DNA from: an uncultured Pseudomonadota bacterium
Lineage (GTDB): Bacteria > Babelota > Babeliae > Babelales > JAUPTZ01
NCBI GenBank assembly: GCA_964429275.1
Contig: CAYSBJ010000001.1
Location: forward strand, 265,776-329,775
Direction: 5' to 3'
DNA length: 64,000 nt
Below, piece after piece: positions 37,845 to 47,959 of this stretch; within the stretch, counting starts at the first letter, position 1, and the number at the start of each line of letters is the position of its first letter. The notes beneath the pieces were generated by a model. That model had not been told where the DNA came from and made no database searches. It worked only from the letters and a program-made list of their open reading frames with translations. The position numbers were made by a program, and so were the translations under genes.

Positions 37845-38915
37845 ATGAAATCACTTTTGCAAGAAGCAAATACAATTGAACGTGCCCTTGATAAGGCATG
37901 GAATCAGGCAGGGAAGCCGAAGGAGTTTACCATTAAGGTGCTCGACGAAGGCGAACGCAATTTTCTGGGGCTGACTCGCCGTCCAGCAATTGTGTCCATT
38001 CTCTACAAGCCTGAAAAACTCACGGCTGCGCCGATGATTAGTAGAAATAAAGAAGAACGTTCAGGTGAAAAGCATGAGCGTCGTGAGCGCACGATGCAAA
38101 CTGCTCGTAACAATCAGGAGGCTGCTCGCCGTTCGGATAATAATAATGATCGCTCTCGTCGTTATGCTGGCACTGAAGAGCAACGGACTGCATTTAATCG
38201 TGCCAAAAATACTGATGGCTGGCAAGATGAGTGGAGAGACTTTGTCTTGAGCGAAATCGAAGCGCTATTGAGCCACATGGGTATTTCGGTAAGAATGAGT
38301 GCGCAGACGACTGCTGATAAAGTTTTGACCGTTTCGCTTGATAAGGCGATTCTGGAAAGCGACGAAGATCAACGTATGTTGTTTGCAACGCTTTCTTACT
38401 TATCTATTCAGTTGCTCAAACGTAACTATAAGAGCCGATTTGCTGGCTACCGCGTTGCCGTAACTGGTCCTAAGGCGGATGGTTCTTCAATGAGCGCTGA
38501 TAGTGAAGATTCGTTGCCTCGCAATGCATTTGAGCCTCGTGCCGGCCATAATCGTGGTCAGCAACAAGCTCAACAACCGCAACAATCAGGGCAAAAGCCT
38601 CGTGAAACAGGTGGTCAGCGCGCGAGTGGTAATGGTGAACGCAAAGACAGGGAAGGTCAGGGAGAGCGCGGCCAACAACGTGGTGGCGATCGAGATCGAC
38701 GTCCTCGTCGTGAGCGAGCGCCGCAGCAGCAATCACAGCCGCATGAGCATTCGGCAGTGGTTGGGAATGAGCGTAATCACGAAGATATCGTGGCTGATCA
38801 AGCACGATTTGCGCAACAGCAGTTGAGCCGTGAAGATAAAAAAGCAGCGCCTTTGAAAAAAGACCTTAAATATCAGCCGTTCTTTGTTCTAGAAGACGAA
38901 GATTCCGGCAAATAA
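37845..38915 (+). CDS. jag: Jag/EloR (KhpB)-like protein, divergent
   Basis: Jag_N-like start (A.TIE.AL..A....I.VL.EG...FLGL..RPAIV) directly upstream of mnmE; disordered C-terminus. Confidence 0.72.
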   Translation: MKSLLQEANTIERALDKAWNQAGKPKEFTIKVLDEGERNFLGLTRRPAIVSILYKPEKLTAAPMISRNKEERSGEKHERRERTMQTARNNQEAARRSDNNNDRSRRYAGTEEQRTAFNRAKNTDGWQDEWRDFVLSEIEALLSHMGISVRMSAQTTADKVLTVSLDKAILESDEDQRMLFATLSYLSIQLLKRNYKSRFAGYRVAVTGPKADGSSMSADSEDSLPRNAFEPRAGHNRGQQQAQQPQQSGQKPRETGGQRASGNGERKDREGQGERGQQRGGDRDRRPRRERAPQQQSQPHEHSAVVGNERNHEDIVADQARFAQQQLSREDKKAAPLKKDLKYQPFFVLEDEDSGK

Positions 38916-38928
38916 CTACGAATTACAC

Positions 38929-40302
38929 ATGATAGATACAATAGTAGCATCGTGTACAGCGCCAGGAGCGGGAGCCCTGGCGCTGCTTCGTTTGGACGGA
39001 TCTGCCGCATTGCAGGTCGCTCAAGCGATGGCACGAACCCACTTATCAAATTCTCTTGTTGCAGCCAATAGTCATTCTATAGTCTACGGACATGTCGTTG
39101 ATGCTGATGGTGCCAGCATAGACCAAGTACTATTTTTGGTGATGCGTGGCCCGCGTACCTTTACTGGCAACGATATTGTCGAGATTACTTGTCATAATAA
39201 CCCGTTTATTGTCGCAGCAATTATTGCTCGTGCGTGTGCAGTGGGGGCTCGTAGCGCTCGACCGGGGGAATTTACGCAGCGCGCATTAATGAATGGCAAA
39301 ATTGATCTTTTGCAGGCGGAAGCGCTTCATGATTTAATTATGGCTCCATCTGCAGCCGCTGCTAAATTAAGTTTGGCTCAGTTAGAGGGGTCGCTTTCAC
39401 GAGTAGTGCTCCAGATAGAAGAGCGGCTTTTTGGGCTTGCCGTAATGATTGAGGCGAGCTTTGAGTTTTCTGAAGAAGAGCATATAGACCTTGATTTTGA
39501 TGCCATTGTGCGTGGTCGCTTAGCAGAGCTTTTACAATTTATTGCAACAATTGATGCTGATGAAGGGCTTCAGCAGATTCGTGAAGGTGTTAGGGTTGCT
39601 TTGGTTGGCACGGTAAATGCAGGCAAATCAACCTTATTGAATGCATTGGTGGGGCGAAATCGTGCTATTGTAAGTGATCGTCCTGGCACTACACGTGATA
39701 GTATTGAGGCGGGAGTTACCATGGGCGGGTATGCCCTGACGTATATAGATACGGCGGGCTTGAGAGAGACAATTGACGCAATAGAGCAAGAGGGGATCTC
39801 TCGATCTCGTTCTGCTGCTGCAGAGGCAGATCTTATTTTGCTGGTGTGCGATGGTAGTGTGGCGCTATCAAGCGATGTTTCTGCTGAGTATAAAGCATTG
39901 CTCGAGCAGTACGGTAGGCGAGTTATAGTGGTATTAACTAAGGCAGATCAGGGACAAGCTTCATTATGGGTGTCTGCTGATCATGCGGCGGTGCTTTCGA
40001 TTAGTGCTCATACTGGCCAAGGGCTAGAAGAGTTGAAAAAGGCGATTTTTGGGCGAGTGAAAGAGCTTTATGAGTCGATTGGTACTACTTTTCTTCTGAA
40101 TCAACGCCAGCGATCCTTGGTGGTTGATGTCCGGCAGAAGCTGCTTGTTTTGCAGGAAGCCTGTGCTTCACCACGGCCACAGTATGAGCTTATTGCTGCT
40201 GGCATGCATGACATTTTGAGTCTTGTTACTGAACTTTCTGGTCGGTCTGTTACTGAGCAGGTCATGGATCGCCTTTTTTCTACTTTCTGTATTGGTAAGT
40301 AG
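38929..40302 (+). CDS. mnmE: tRNA modification GTPase
   Basis: DTIVA..T, GEFT.RA..NGK.DL.QAE, GTVNAGKSTL.N, IVSD.PGTTRD, DTAG, terminal FCIGK. Confidence 0.97.
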   Translation: MIDTIVASCTAPGAGALALLRLDGSAALQVAQAMARTHLSNSLVAANSHSIVYGHVVDADGASIDQVLFLVMRGPRTFTGNDIVEITCHNNPFIVAAIIARACAVGARSARPGEFTQRALMNGKIDLLQAEALHDLIMAPSAAAAKLSLAQLEGSLSRVVLQIEERLFGLAVMIEASFEFSEEEHIDLDFDAIVRGRLAELLQFIATIDADEGLQQIREGVRVALVGTVNAGKSTLLNALVGRNRAIVSDRPGTTRDSIEAGVTMGGYALTYIDTAGLRETIDAIEQEGISRSRSAAAEADLILLVCDGSVALSSDVSAEYKALLEQYGRRVIVVLTKADQGQASLWVSADHAAVLSISAHTGQGLEELKKAIFGRVKELYESIGTTFLLNQRQRSLVVDVRQKLLVLQEACASPRPQYELIAAGMHDILSLVTELSGRSVTEQVMDRLFSTFCIGK

Positions 40303-40888
40303 GTTGCTTGTGTATTAAGTCTTTCTGAGCCTGCAGGATGCAACGACGTCTTCAGTAGCCCCTTGAATTCGGTTCAAATTTGGTTTTATGCGCCAATAGG
40401 CCGTTCCAATAGTATATACGCTTTCAGCAATGTTTTTTGAGGGAGTGATTGAGCGAGAAATAGTCGGTAGATTGTGGAGTGGGGGGTTGCAAAACTCATT
40501 TCTTTGTATAAGCTGGTTGGTGCAATGACTGTTGTATTTGTAACATTGCACGATAGGTATTACCCCCCCCTATACGAAAGCGTCATCATGAAGTTGATAC
40601 GAAGCAATTTTTTTATCCCTGATCTGGATGCGAGTGCCTCTGCAGCTGGTTTGGCCGCGTGCACAGTTTTTTATTAAAAAATTTTAAAAGCCCAATTGCG
40701 ACTGCGTTTGTTAACGTTGTTGTGATGGGCTTTTTTTAGCAACTGCCGTATCCCCAATTCGGCATGGAGTGTGTAGTGTTGCGTCCCCCGTGAGTTACAC
40801 ACTCCGCCTAAATAATGATGTTCTATAGGCCTCATGGTGAGGGGGCGAATATAGCTTGTCGCTGTGAGCGGGCTGTGCTCGCCCTTTT

Positions 40889-40918
40889 TTGTCATACATG
40901 GCCCTCTTTTGCTATACT
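40889..40918 (+). promoter_or_regulatory. Promoter candidate for clpB
   Basis: TTGTCA-N18-TATACT with an extended -10 TGn. Confidence 0.55.
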
Positions 40919-40957
40919 ACGCGAATCAATTTATCACTGCAGGATGGGAGTTCTCTT

Positions 40958-43075
40958 ATGCAAATGCAGAAACAAGAAGAAAACAAAAGTTTTTTACAGC
41001 GATTTTGTATCGATATCACTGAACGAGCAGCAAAAGGCTCTTTGGATCCGGTGATTGGTCGCCACGATGAGATTCGTCGTGTTGTTCAGATTCTTTCACG
41101 CCGTACTAAAAATAATCCGGTGCTTGTTGGTGATCCGGGTGTGGGGAAAACAGCCATCGTTGAAGGAATTGCACAGCGTATTATTAATAATGATGTCCCA
41201 GAGAGCTTACATGGGGCGACGATTCTGTCCCTTGACTTGGGGCAAATGGTTGCTGGCGCAAAATTCCACGGAGAATTTGAAGAGCGTCTCAAAGGAATCT
41301 TGGGCGAGATTGAAAAAAGTGATAAGAAAGTAGTTCTTTTTATCGACGAGCTTCATATGCTCGTTGGTGCTGGTGCAAGTGGTGGTGGTATGGATGCCTC
41401 AAACTTGCTAAAACCAGCATTGGCTCGTGGCGAGTTGCATTGTATTGGTGCTACAACTGTGGCTGAGTACAAGAAATATGTAGAAGCCGATGCCGCGCTA
41501 GAACGTCGGTTTCAAAAAGTTATGGTCGATGAGCCTACCGTTGAGGACGCGATCTCGATTTTGCGTGGTCTTAAAGAAAAATATGAAATGCATCACGGTA
41601 TTCGTATTGCTGATAGCGCGATCGTTAAGGCGGTTACGTTGTCTGCTCGTATGATTCCAGATCGATTCTTGCCAGACAAAGCTATAGATCTGATTGACGA
41701 AGCTGCATCTATGGTGAAAATGGCGGTGGATGCAAAACCAGAAGAAATGGACCGGCTTGAGCGAACAATTCGTCAGCTGGAAATTGAGCGTGCCGCATTA
41801 ACAAGGGAACGAGATGAGGCGTCTCAAAAACGCCTTGCTGAAGTGAATGAAATACTGCAGGAGCGCAAAAAGGAGTTTTCTGCGCTTGAAAAGCGTTGGC
41901 AGGCTGAGCGCAAGCCGCTCGAAGATATCAAAGGTCTTCAGCAAAAAATTGAACAAGCGCGTACTGATTTTGCCATAGCAGAGCGAGAAGGAAACTATTC
42001 TCGTGCTTCACAGATTAAGTACGGTACCTTGAATGAGCTCGAGCGGCAGTTAGCAGAAAAGCAGCAGGCGATGGGAGCTAATACGACTGGCCTTATAAAA
42101 GAACAAGTTGATGAAGATGACATTGCACATGTGCTTGCTCGTTGGATTCGTGTGCCCGTTGAAAAGCTACAAGCTTCTGACAGTGAAAAGTTATTGCATT
42201 TGGAAGAGGTATTGGAAGAACGTGTAGTTGGGCAGAAGGAAGCTATTTCTGCTATTGCTAACACTATTCGTGTTCATCGTGTGGGGTTGGCACAACCAAG
42301 TCGTCCATTTGGTTCCTTCTTATTTTTAGGACCAACGGGCGTCGGTAAAACAGAGATTGCCAAAGCGTTGGCTGACTACCTGTTTAATGATGAGCGCAAA
42401 CTGATTCGTATCGATATGTCAGAATATATGGAGCGGCATGCCGTTGCGCGATTGATTGGTGCTCCTCCCGGATATGTTGGCTACGAGCAAGGCGGCCAGT
42501 TGACTGAGCAAGTGCGCAGAAATCCGTACAGTGTAGTGCTGCTTGATGAGATTGAAAAAGCACACCCGGATGTGCACAATGTTTTTTTGCAGTTGCTTGA
42601 TGATGGCTCACTGACTGATGGTCAGGGGAGAAGGGTTTCTTTTGCCAACACCGTTATTATTATGACAAGTAATATTGGATCTGATAGGATTATGGCTGCT
42701 GGTGCGGTGACGAGCCAGTTAAAGCAAGAATTAGATCGCTTACTTTTATCACATTTTAGGCCAGAATTTTTGAACCGATTAGACAGCATTATTTATTTCT
42801 CTGCTTTGTCTGCTGATCAAATTGAATCCATTGTGCATTTGCAGACGGTGCAGGTCGTTTCTCGTCTTGCGGTGCAAGGGGTGGAGCTTCATATTACTCC
42901 AGCAGCGAAAAAAGAATTAGCAGAAGTTGGGTATAACAAGGAATTTGGTGCGCGACCAGTGCGTCGGGCCATAACGCAGTACGTGGTTAATCCATTAGCT
43001 TCATTTTTGCTGCGTAACCCGAATGTGAAGACGGTGACGGTTGATTGTAGTCAGGGTGAGTGGAGAATCTCATAA
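40958..43075 (+). CDS. clpB: ClpB disaggregase lacking the N-terminal domain
   Basis: [25 protein letters not shown], coiled-coil M-domain, [25 protein letters not shown]. The protein starts just before AAA1. Confidence 0.93.
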   Translation: MQMQKQEENKSFLQRFCIDITERAAKGSLDPVIGRHDEIRRVVQILSRRTKNNPVLVGDPGVGKTAIVEGIAQRIINNDVPESLHGATILSLDLGQMVAGAKFHGEFEERLKGILGEIEKSDKKVVLFIDELHMLVGAGASGGGMDASNLLKPALARGELHCIGATTVAEYKKYVEADAALERRFQKVMVDEPTVEDAISILRGLKEKYEMHHGIRIADSAIVKAVTLSARMIPDRFLPDKAIDLIDEAASMVKMAVDAKPEEMDRLERTIRQLEIERAALTRERDEASQKRLAEVNEILQERKKEFSALEKRWQAERKPLEDIKGLQQKIEQARTDFAIAEREGNYSRASQIKYGTLNELERQLAEKQQAMGANTTGLIKEQVDEDDIAHVLARWIRVPVEKLQASDSEKLLHLEEVLEERVVGQKEAISAIANTIRVHRVGLAQPSRPFGSFLFLGPTGVGKTEIAKALADYLFNDERKLIRIDMSEYMERHAVARLIGAPPGYVGYEQGGQLTEQVRRNPYSVVLLDEIEKAHPDVHNVFLQLLDDGSLTDGQGRRVSFANTVIIMTSNIGSDRIMAAGAVTSQLKQELDRLLLSHFRPEFLNRLDSIIYFSALSADQIESIVHLQTVQVVSRLAVQGVELHITPAAKKELAEVGYNKEFGARPVRRAITQYVVNPLASFLLRNPNVKTVTVDCSQGEWRIS

Positions 43076-43094
43076 AGAAAAATAAGGAGTGTAT

Positions 43095-43910
43095 ATGAAA
43101 CGATTAGAGTTATTGCTGTTGAGCGCGAGTGCGATTGCCTTCTCGGCCCCATTGGTTTGCGAGATTACCCCAGAAATGATGGGATATGATGCGACCGAGT
43201 CGATAGAGGGAATTGACCTGGGGAGCTTTGAAGATGGAGCTACCTTTGATGAAGAGCAATTTAAACAGATTTTGATGCAGCTCCAAGCGCAAATGTCGCC
43301 GGAAATGCAGCAAGACCTTGAACAACGTGAAGAAGAACGAAAAGAGCTTGGCTTGAAGCTGAATACATTGCAAAATGAGCTGGCGGAGCTTGAATCAATT
43401 AAAGCGAGCATGAAGGCTGAATTAAGTGAAATGATTGATCGTCTTGCTGTTGCCATGAGTGATCAGATGGAATTGAATGGAAAGCTTGAACAGCTTGCGC
43501 AAGAGATAGAAGCAATTGCTGAAGAAGAGGGTACCGAGCTGCGTGCTGAGCTTGAGGCGCGAGAACTTGATTTACGCGAACTTGCAGGAGAGATTGACCT
43601 ATTGCAGGAAGCGATTGAAGAAAAGCGCCTTGCGAAATTAGAGATCAAGGTTAAAATTGAAGCTCATTTAGCGTCTATTGCCGATCTTGAAGCAGCAATG
43701 AATAAGGTTGATGCAGTCCCACACATTGATTTTGCTGCTATTTTTGGTGATGCAGTGGATGCAGATAGCGAGCAAGAATTTGAAAATAACATTGAGTCGT
43801 CAGAAAGTGACCCGTATAGTTTGGCGGAGTCTGATGATGACTCTCGTCAGAAAGGATCTGACGTTGATGGTAGCAGAATCGCTGAGGAGCTGGCAGTAGT
43901 TGGAATGTAA
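43095..43910 (+). CDS. Exported acidic coiled-coil protein
   Basis: SD aaggag, signal peptide (..IAFSA|P), long Glu/Leu heptad region. Confidence 0.75.
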   Translation: MKRLELLLLSASAIAFSAPLVCEITPEMMGYDATESIEGIDLGSFEDGATFDEEQFKQILMQLQAQMSPEMQQDLEQREEERKELGLKLNTLQNELAELESIKASMKAELSEMIDRLAVAMSDQMELNGKLEQLAQEIEAIAEEEGTELRAELEARELDLRELAGEIDLLQEAIEEKRLAKLEIKVKIEAHLASIADLEAAMNKVDAVPHIDFAAIFGDAVDADSEQEFENNIESSESDPYSLAESDDDSRQKGSDVDGSRIAEELAVVGM

Positions 43911-43939
43911 TTGATGATCCGACTTGCGGGTCTTATAAG

Positions 43940-43980
43940 CACAAAAGAGGGCGGGGTTTTTAACCCCGCCCTCTTTTGTG
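43940..43980. terminator. Bidirectional intrinsic terminator
   Basis: cacaaaagagggcggggtt-ttt-aaccccgccctcttttgtg between convergent genes. Confidence 0.9.
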
Positions 43981-43987
43981 CTTATGT

Positions 43988-46597
43988 TTATGCTGGAATA
44001 TGTTGAGCGATCCACTCTTTGAGTGTATCAAGCAGCTCTGGCGTAATAGTTTGTCCACCACCTTGAATAAGGCCGGGACGACCACCGCCTTGGAGCTGTA
44101 GTCCTTTAAGAATGTTTACCAGCTCCGTGTGCGGAATGGCGGTTGCGTACTGTTTGCTTGTCCATGCAGTGAATTGGCTTTTGCCACCGGCGTTTGTTGC
44201 GATAAAGTAAAAACCAGGTTTTTGCGTATCGAGTGTTTGGCAAATGGCGCGCATACTGTCGCTATCTCCCTCATCAAGCATCAAAAAGAGTTGTGGCAGC
44301 TTGGTGCTGACGTTTACTTTTTGAGCAAAGCTGTCCATGGAGCTAAACAGCAACTTTTTCTTTGCTTGTTTGAGCTCTGAATTGAGAGCGCTGAGTTCGG
44401 CTTCCTGCTTGCGTACTGCGTCAGCTACTTGCTCGGGCTTAACTTTAAAGTGCTCACTAAGTCCCTTAATATCTTTATAGCTTTGTTGAAATAGCTCGAG
44501 TGCTTTTGCGCCGGTAACGGCAATAATGCGGCGGGTGCCGGTTGCAAGTGCCGTATCAGAGACGATTTTGAACGTACCAATAATTCCGGTGCGTGGCGCA
44601 TGAGTACCACCGCAGAGCTCTTGTGAGAATCCTGGGATTGATACCACCCGAACGCTGGCCGGGTTGTACTTCTCACCAAAGAAGGCGATAACCCCTTTGC
44701 GCTGAGCTTCCTCAAGTGTGCTGTTGGTTATATCGGTTGCGATATCTTCCCAGATTTTTTCGTTTACCAATTGTTCAAGCTTGGCCAGCTGCGCAGCATT
44801 TGGTGCTTCGTGGTGGGTGTAGTCAAAGCGTAGGTAGTCTTTGTTTACGACCGAACCAGCCTGTTTTGCCTGCTTGCCTAATACTTGATGCAATGCGGCA
44901 TGGAGCATATGGGTTGCTGTATGGTTGCGGACCGTGCTTACGCGCGCGTGCTTATTTACTTCGCATTCCGCGGTATCGCCAGCAGCACAGGCCCCCATGG
45001 TTTCTACTGCTTTGAGTTTGACTGCAATTGCCGGTGTAAAGCGGCTGCCAACCTTTTTCAAGTCAATGACGTGGTAGCTGTGCTTATTGATGGTTACAAC
45101 CCCTTCGTCGTTAACTTGTCCCCCTGATTCAACATAGAACGGCGACTTGTCGGTAATGATCCAACGGGAGCCACCATCGGTGTGTTCCCAGAGAACTTTG
45201 CTGCTACATTCCGTAGTTTCGTAGCCAACAAAGGTAGTAACTATATCTTCCGGAAATGGGATATTGTCGGAGCTTTCTTTGGCGCCCAGGTTCTTAGACT
45301 GGCTCTGTTGTTTGGCCATTTCGGCGCTAAAGCCTTCTTCGTCGATTGTTAAATTATGCTCTTGAGCAATAACTTTGGTCAATTCGAGGGGAAAGCCATA
45401 TGTGTCATATAGCTTGAAAGCGTGCTCGCCGCTGAGACGTGCGCTGCCTAATTCTTCGGTTTGAGCAATATATTTGGCCAGGATAGTCTGGCCGTTTTGC
45501 AGATTTTGCATAAATCGTTCAACTTCTTGCTCCCAGATCGAAAGAATGAGCTTTTCGCTTACTTTGAGCTCAGGAAAGACATCGCTGCTTTCATTGATAA
45601 AGAATTTTGCGATCGTTGGCAGGAATTCCTTTTTATCTGAAAGTTTGCTCGCAAACAAGATCGCCCGGCGCATAATTTTGCGTAGCACGTAGCCGCGGCC
45701 GTCATTAGCTGGAGAGCAGCCGTCCGCCATTAAAAGGCATGAAGAGCGAATGTGGTCGCAAATAACGTTAAATGCCCCCATCAATTTAGGGTTGTTTGTT
45801 GGTAGGGCGATGCCGGTGAACTGAGTTATTGCCTGCTTAATACCAGCAAAGATATCGGTTGCAAAGACGTTTTTTTTACCTTGAAGAACTGCGCAGAGGC
45901 GCTCAAGGCCCATGCCGGTATCCACTCCGGGTTTTGCTAGCGGGGTCATGGTTCCATCAGCAGAGCGGTTAAATTGCATAAAAACCAGGTTCCAGATTTC
46001 AATGAAACGGTCGCAATCACAACCTGGTTGGCATTGATCGCTGCCGCAGCCAGTCTCTTTTCCATGGTCAAGATAAATTTCGGTACACGGTCCACAGGGG
46101 CCTGTATCGCCCATAGCCCAAAAGTTATCTTTTTCGCCTAAGCGGACGATCCGGTTGGCAGGAATCCCGATTTTAGTGTTCCAAATAGCATAGGCTTCAT
46201 CATCTTTTTGGAAGACGGAAGGATAGAGGCGTTCAGCGGGGAGCCCATATTCCTTAGTAAGGAGGTCCCAGGCAAAGGCAATGGCCTCTTCTTTAAAGTA
46301 GTCTCCAAAGGAAAAGTTGCCGAGCATTTCGAAGAAGGTGAGGTGGCGGGCCGTGAATCCTACATTCTCAAGATCGTTGTGCTTTCCGCCCGCACGTACG
46401 CACTTTTGGCTGCTGGTGGCGCGGTTATAAGCTCGTTTTTCCTTGCCCAGGAAGCAGTCTTTAAATTGATTCATGCCGGCGTTGGCGAATAAAAGGGTGG
46501 GATCTTCGGCCGGAATGAGGGAAGAACTGGCCACAATTTGGTGTCCATGACGTTGAAAAAACTCCAAATATCGCTGACGAACTTCTTTTGATTTCAT
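43988..46597 (-). CDS. alaS: Alanine--tRNA ligase
   Basis: DPTLLFANAGMNQFK, GPCGPCTEI, DTGMGLER, YDTYGFP, editing motifs HTATH and ELCGGTH. Confidence 0.98.
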   Translation of the reverse strand: MKSKEVRQRYLEFFQRHGHQIVASSSLIPAEDPTLLFANAGMNQFKDCFLGKEKRAYNRATSSQKCVRAGGKHNDLENVGFTARHLTFFEMLGNFSFGDYFKEEAIAFAWDLLTKEYGLPAERLYPSVFQKDDEAYAIWNTKIGIPANRIVRLGEKDNFWAMGDTGPCGPCTEIYLDHGKETGCGSDQCQPGCDCDRFIEIWNLVFMQFNRSADGTMTPLAKPGVDTGMGLERLCAVLQGKKNVFATDIFAGIKQAITQFTGIALPTNNPKLMGAFNVICDHIRSSCLLMADGCSPANDGRGYVLRKIMRRAILFASKLSDKKEFLPTIAKFFINESSDVFPELKVSEKLILSIWEQEVERFMQNLQNGQTILAKYIAQTEELGSARLSGEHAFKLYDTYGFPLELTKVIAQEHNLTIDEEGFSAEMAKQQSQSKNLGAKESSDNIPFPEDIVTTFVGYETTECSSKVLWEHTDGGSRWIITDKSPFYVESGGQVNDEGVVTINKHSYHVIDLKKVGSRFTPAIAVKLKAVETMGACAAGDTAECEVNKHARVSTVRNHTATHMLHAALHQVLGKQAKQAGSVVNKDYLRFDYTHHEAPNAAQLAKLEQLVNEKIWEDIATDITNSTLEEAQRKGVIAFFGEKYNPASVRVVSIPGFSQELCGGTHAPRTGIIGTFKIVSDTALATGTRRIIAVTGAKALELFQQSYKDIKGLSEHFKVKPEQVADAVRKQEAELSALNSELKQAKKKLLFSSMDSFAQKVNVSTKLPQLFLMLDEGDSDSMRAICQTLDTQKPGFYFIATNAGGKSQFTAWTSKQYATAIPHTELVNILKGLQLQGGGRPGLIQGGGQTITPELLDTLKEWIAQHIPA

Positions 46598-46973
46598 AAA
46601 ATTGAGCCTTTCTTATTGTTCCGGATTGCCGCACTTTTACGACAAAAACCGCGGTTATGATAGCAGGAGGGCCTGGTTTTGTCACCATCCTCCCCCGCCA
46701 AATTGACATAAATTACTTGCATAGTTTTGAGAATCCGCTAAGCTTATGAGGCCTCTTCAATGGTTAGAGTGAATAAAAAATGCTTAATTATCCGGCATTT
46801 ATATATTCTTCTCTGTATGAATATGGCGTATAGCAGCGTGCTTCGCAAACCCAATACATTACTTTTAAGAGCCCCAGTGCCTGGCATTGGAGTTTTTGGA
46901 TTTTGGGGGCGCGAGCGTGTTGAGTGAATCAGTTAATATATTAGTATGTCTATAATTAAATATGGTGGAATAT

Positions 46974-47774
46974 ATGAAAAATAACCTAAAAAAGTTGCTT
47001 GTATTAGCAACAGTTGCAACATTTGCAAATACTGTAGTGGTTGCTGGTAACGAAGGCGACAAAACAAGCTACTTTACTAAAGGTAAAGACTACGTCATGG
47101 ATCACAAGACCGGTACTATCCTTCTTGGCGCATCTGCAGTTGCTGGTATCACCGCTCTTGTTGTGAACCGTCGCAACAAGACTCGTGGTTTGACAAATAA
47201 CCAAGCAAAGTACGCTGCAATTACTGCTGCTGTTCTTGCTGCTCTTGGTGGCGCTGAGCTTGCATTTGACCTTACAGGCAAAGCTGGTTTTGGTGTAAAA
47301 AAGACTCAAGCTGCATTGAAATCTATTGAAGCTCTTGATAACGTAACTGTACATACAGCAAACGCTAAAGATAAAAAGAAAAAAGTAACTGCAGAACAAA
47401 AACAAAAGCTTGAAACAGCACGTACAAATGCTCTTCTTGCTCTTGCTACCGTTAAAGCTGAAGAAATAGCAAAAGAGAAACTTACTGCTGAGCAAACAGC
47501 GCTTCTTTTAGCTGCTTCCCTGAAGCTTTCTGATGCTGATCAATTGAAGGTTGCATCGCTTAAGACTTTGCTTGCTAAACCAGAAGTTGCTAAACCAGAA
47601 GTTGCTAAACCAGAAGTTGCTAAACCAGAAGCTCCTGAAGCTCCTAAAGCTAACCAAGCTCCAGCTCAAGCTCCTGAAGCTCCTAAGCAAGAACAATCTC
47701 AAGCTCCTGAAGCTCCTAAAGCTCCTAAGCAAGAACAATCTCAAGCTCCTGAAGCTCCTAAAGCTCAAGCTTAA
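46974..47774 (+). CDS. Exported Ala/Lys-rich protein with C-terminal Pro-rich tandem repeats
   Basis: Signal peptide, hydrophobic hairpin, (AKPEV)n and (APKQEQSQAPEAPK)2 tail. Confidence 0.8.
   Translation: MKNNLKKLLVLATVATFANTVVVAGNEGDKTSYFTKGKDYVMDHKTGTILLGASAVAGITALVVNRRNKTRGLTNNQAKYAAITAAVLAALGGAELAFDLTGKAGFGVKKTQAALKSIEALDNVTVHTANAKDKKKKVTAEQKQKLETARTNALLALATVKAEEIAKEKLTAEQTALLLAASLKLSDADQLKVASLKTLLAKPEVAKPEVAKPEVAKPEAPEAPKANQAPAQAPEAPKQEQSQAPEAPKAPKQEQSQAPEAPKAQA
47574..47762 (+). repeat. Coding tandem repeats (15 bp x ~4; 42 bp x 2)
   Basis: gctaaaccagaagtt at 47574, 47589 and 47604 plus a variant at 47619; a 42-bp unit at 47679-47720 and 47721-47762. Confidence 0.9.
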
Positions 47775-47832
47775 GCTTAAGCTAAATAATCGCTTACGCG
47801 CATTATTAACAAAAAAATACCTGTATAGGTTT

Positions 47833-47864
47833 AAAGGGCCGGTCGAAAGATCGGCTCTTTTTTT
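47833..47864 (+). terminator. Intrinsic terminator
   Basis: aaagggccggtc-gaaa-gatcggctcttt followed by a T-run. Confidence 0.8.
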
Positions 47865-47959
47865 ATGTGCGCCCGGCACGGGGCGGCCTATCTATCTACC
47901 CACATAGTTTGGTATAACTAGCGCGGACAGACTGACCCATTCATTAATGTAAAGGAACC

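Noticed and set aside
40315..40551. 78-aa minus-strand ORF between mnmE and clpB
   Set aside because: No recognisable motif and weak support, so it is not called.
40600..40957. CIRCE/HrcA operator upstream of clpB
   Set aside because: No TTAGCACTC-N9-GAGTGCTAA match was found.
47574..47762. Short direct repeats as a possible CRISPR array
   Set aside because: No unique spacers, in-frame coding repeats, and no cas genes.
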